Below, one piece after another: positions 38,592 through 39,457 of a stretch of 39,457 bases of DNA (within the stretch, counting starts at the first letter, position 1; the number at the start of each line of letters is the position of its first letter). A program made the position numbers and the translations under genes. This DNA comes from Actinomycetota bacterium (GTDB lineage Bacteria > Actinomycetota > Actinomycetes > JAKEEW01), in assembly GCA_046725875.1 (NCBI GenBank), contig JBKOZJ010000177.1:1-39457 (forward strand), given 5' to 3'. Under the pieces are notes generated by a model, which saw nothing but the letters and a program-made list of their open reading frames with translations, ran no database searches and had not been told where the DNA came from.

Positions 38592-38671
38592 ACTTAGAGG
38601 TTGCAAAGAATCTTGAAATAGCCTTGTCAGACCCCTTGCGCGGGCGTTTCGGCAGAGATAGAAATCTCTCA

Positions 38672-38975
38672 CGCCACCAGAGATGGTGACCCGCTCAGAA
38701 GGAAACTTCGGAGCTAGCGAGCACTAGGGAACTTGGGATTTCGCGAAAGTGAGTTCCCAAGGATCGGTGTTCGTGAAAGGTCCACCTGATTGGTGAGCCG
38801 CCAGGGGAGGCAGCTCCCCGGGCAGGCGGGCGCCGGGTCAACCGGGGTTCGCCGAGGTTCCACCAAGTGATGGTGGCGGGTTCTGCGGAACCACGCACCG
38901 AGCGATCGGAGCGTTGGGACCGTGGAACTGAGAGGCCCCTTCCATCTCATACATGGAAGGGGCCTCTCCCTTATA
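38672..38975 (+). ncRNA. Candidate ~300-nt structured non-coding RNA, family unassigned
   Basis: Upstream AT-rich tract and TTGCGC-N17-TAGAAA(T); consecutive hairpins with GAGA, GAAA, GAAA and GCAG tetraloops; G-U pairs favour the + strand; ends in a 16-bp perfect stem; no + strand ORF in the ORF track. Confidence 0.6.
38930..38975. terminator. Strong hairpin terminator, possibly bidirectional
   Basis: GAGAGGCCCCTTCCAT-ctcatac-ATGGAAGGGGCCTCTC perfect 16-bp stem followed by CCTTATA. Confidence 0.8.
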
Positions 38976-39177
38976 ACCCATTCTTGCCGGTCGCTTCTTC
39001 CCCCATCGCGAACGACACGCCGACGCTGTTGATGAGTCGGTCGTGAGGACCTTCCCTCATGCCGTATTTCACGCAGTGCCCGTGATCCGGAGCATGCGCA
39101 ACGCGAGCCGGCGCGGGACGGACGTAGCCTGCTCGTTTGCGGGCGTGTCGGTCCGCTCTCCGCGGGCGTTTAGTTCA

Positions 39178-39457
39178 TCAGACGTCGAGCGTCCGCAACA
39201 CCGCTCGTTCCGCCAGGTCCCGAACATCTTCGGCCACCTGGTCGCTCTCCGGATCGAGGCGCAGTCCCCGGGCTGCCATTCCACCCTTCTCGAACTCGAG
39301 GACGACCCGCGGCGCGACATAGGACGAGCGGGTCACGGCCCGGGTGTTGCCAAGCTGCTCGGCGACGCGGTCCAATGCCGAATTCACCGCTAGTGCGGTC
39401 GCCCGCTTGGTTTCGAGCGGGCCGGCCTCGTGCTCCTCGGCAAGCGCGATCGCCGCG
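39178..39457 (-). CDS. Bacterial type IB DNA topoisomerase, C-terminal part (runs off the window)
   Basis: Open frame to the window edge: AAIALA...VAEQLGNTRAVTRSSYVAPRV matches the TopIB LGNTxAVxRxSY active-site tyrosine motif, and ends in ERAVL. Confidence 0.8.
   Translation of the reverse strand, partial: AAIALAEEHEAGPLETKRATALAVNSALDRVAEQLGNTRAVTRSSYVAPRVVLEFEKGGMAARGLRLDPESDQVAEDVRDLAERAVLRTLDV

Noticed and set aside
38795..38830. GAGCCG-initiated hairpin reminiscent of group II intron domain V
   Set aside because: Lacks the closing CGGTTC arm, the AC bulge and domain VI, and no RT ORF is nearby
38495..38975. tRNA-Met expected after UPF0182, or a known RNA or riboswitch (RNase P, tmRNA, SRP, cobalamin, c-di-AMP)
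   Set aside because: No cloverleaf or TTC(G/A)A T-arm and none of the signature sequences were seen; no downstream co-oriented gene for a riboswitch
1..39457. CRISPR array, IS/transposase, integrase, prophage or defence system
   Set aside because: No regularly spaced repeats or mobile-element genes were seen; the multiple helicase/nuclease genes are housekeeping PcrA, AdnAB and UvrD2

Overview
High-GC actinobacterial chromosomal segment, mostly core genome. Left block: pcrA/uvrD1, a translationally coupled threonine-synthase paralogue, an M23 peptidase and a stand-alone B12-binding (IcmB-like) subunit. Accessory signalling block: stand-alone GAF protein, a large GAF-SpoIIE-HATPase phosphatase with an unrecognised N-terminal domain, DUF2277, LexA-boxed dinB and a two-component pair. 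Then comes the conserved adnA-adnB-nudC-uvrD2-whiB7-ABC1 kinase-ThiF-like-DUF5679-M48-DUF2342-epimerase-moaE-PDZ/Lon-UPF0182 neighbourhood, followed by the 3' end of a type IB topoisomerase. Regulatory DNA is unusually readable. There are PafBC/RecA-NDp-type promoters at uvrD2 and pcrA (a weaker one at dinB), a perfect SOS box, a complete whiB7 uORF/attenuator leader, a SigG-like ECF promoter, a CRP-like site and DnaA-box-like clusters. The most novel-looking element is a ~300-nt, GNRA-rich, multi-hairpin, terminator-ended non-coding region downstream of UPF0182 (38672-38975) that I cannot assign to a known RNA family. Two paralogous small helical proteins also bracket the whiB7 unit. All assignments come from motif recognition by eye; no searches were run.
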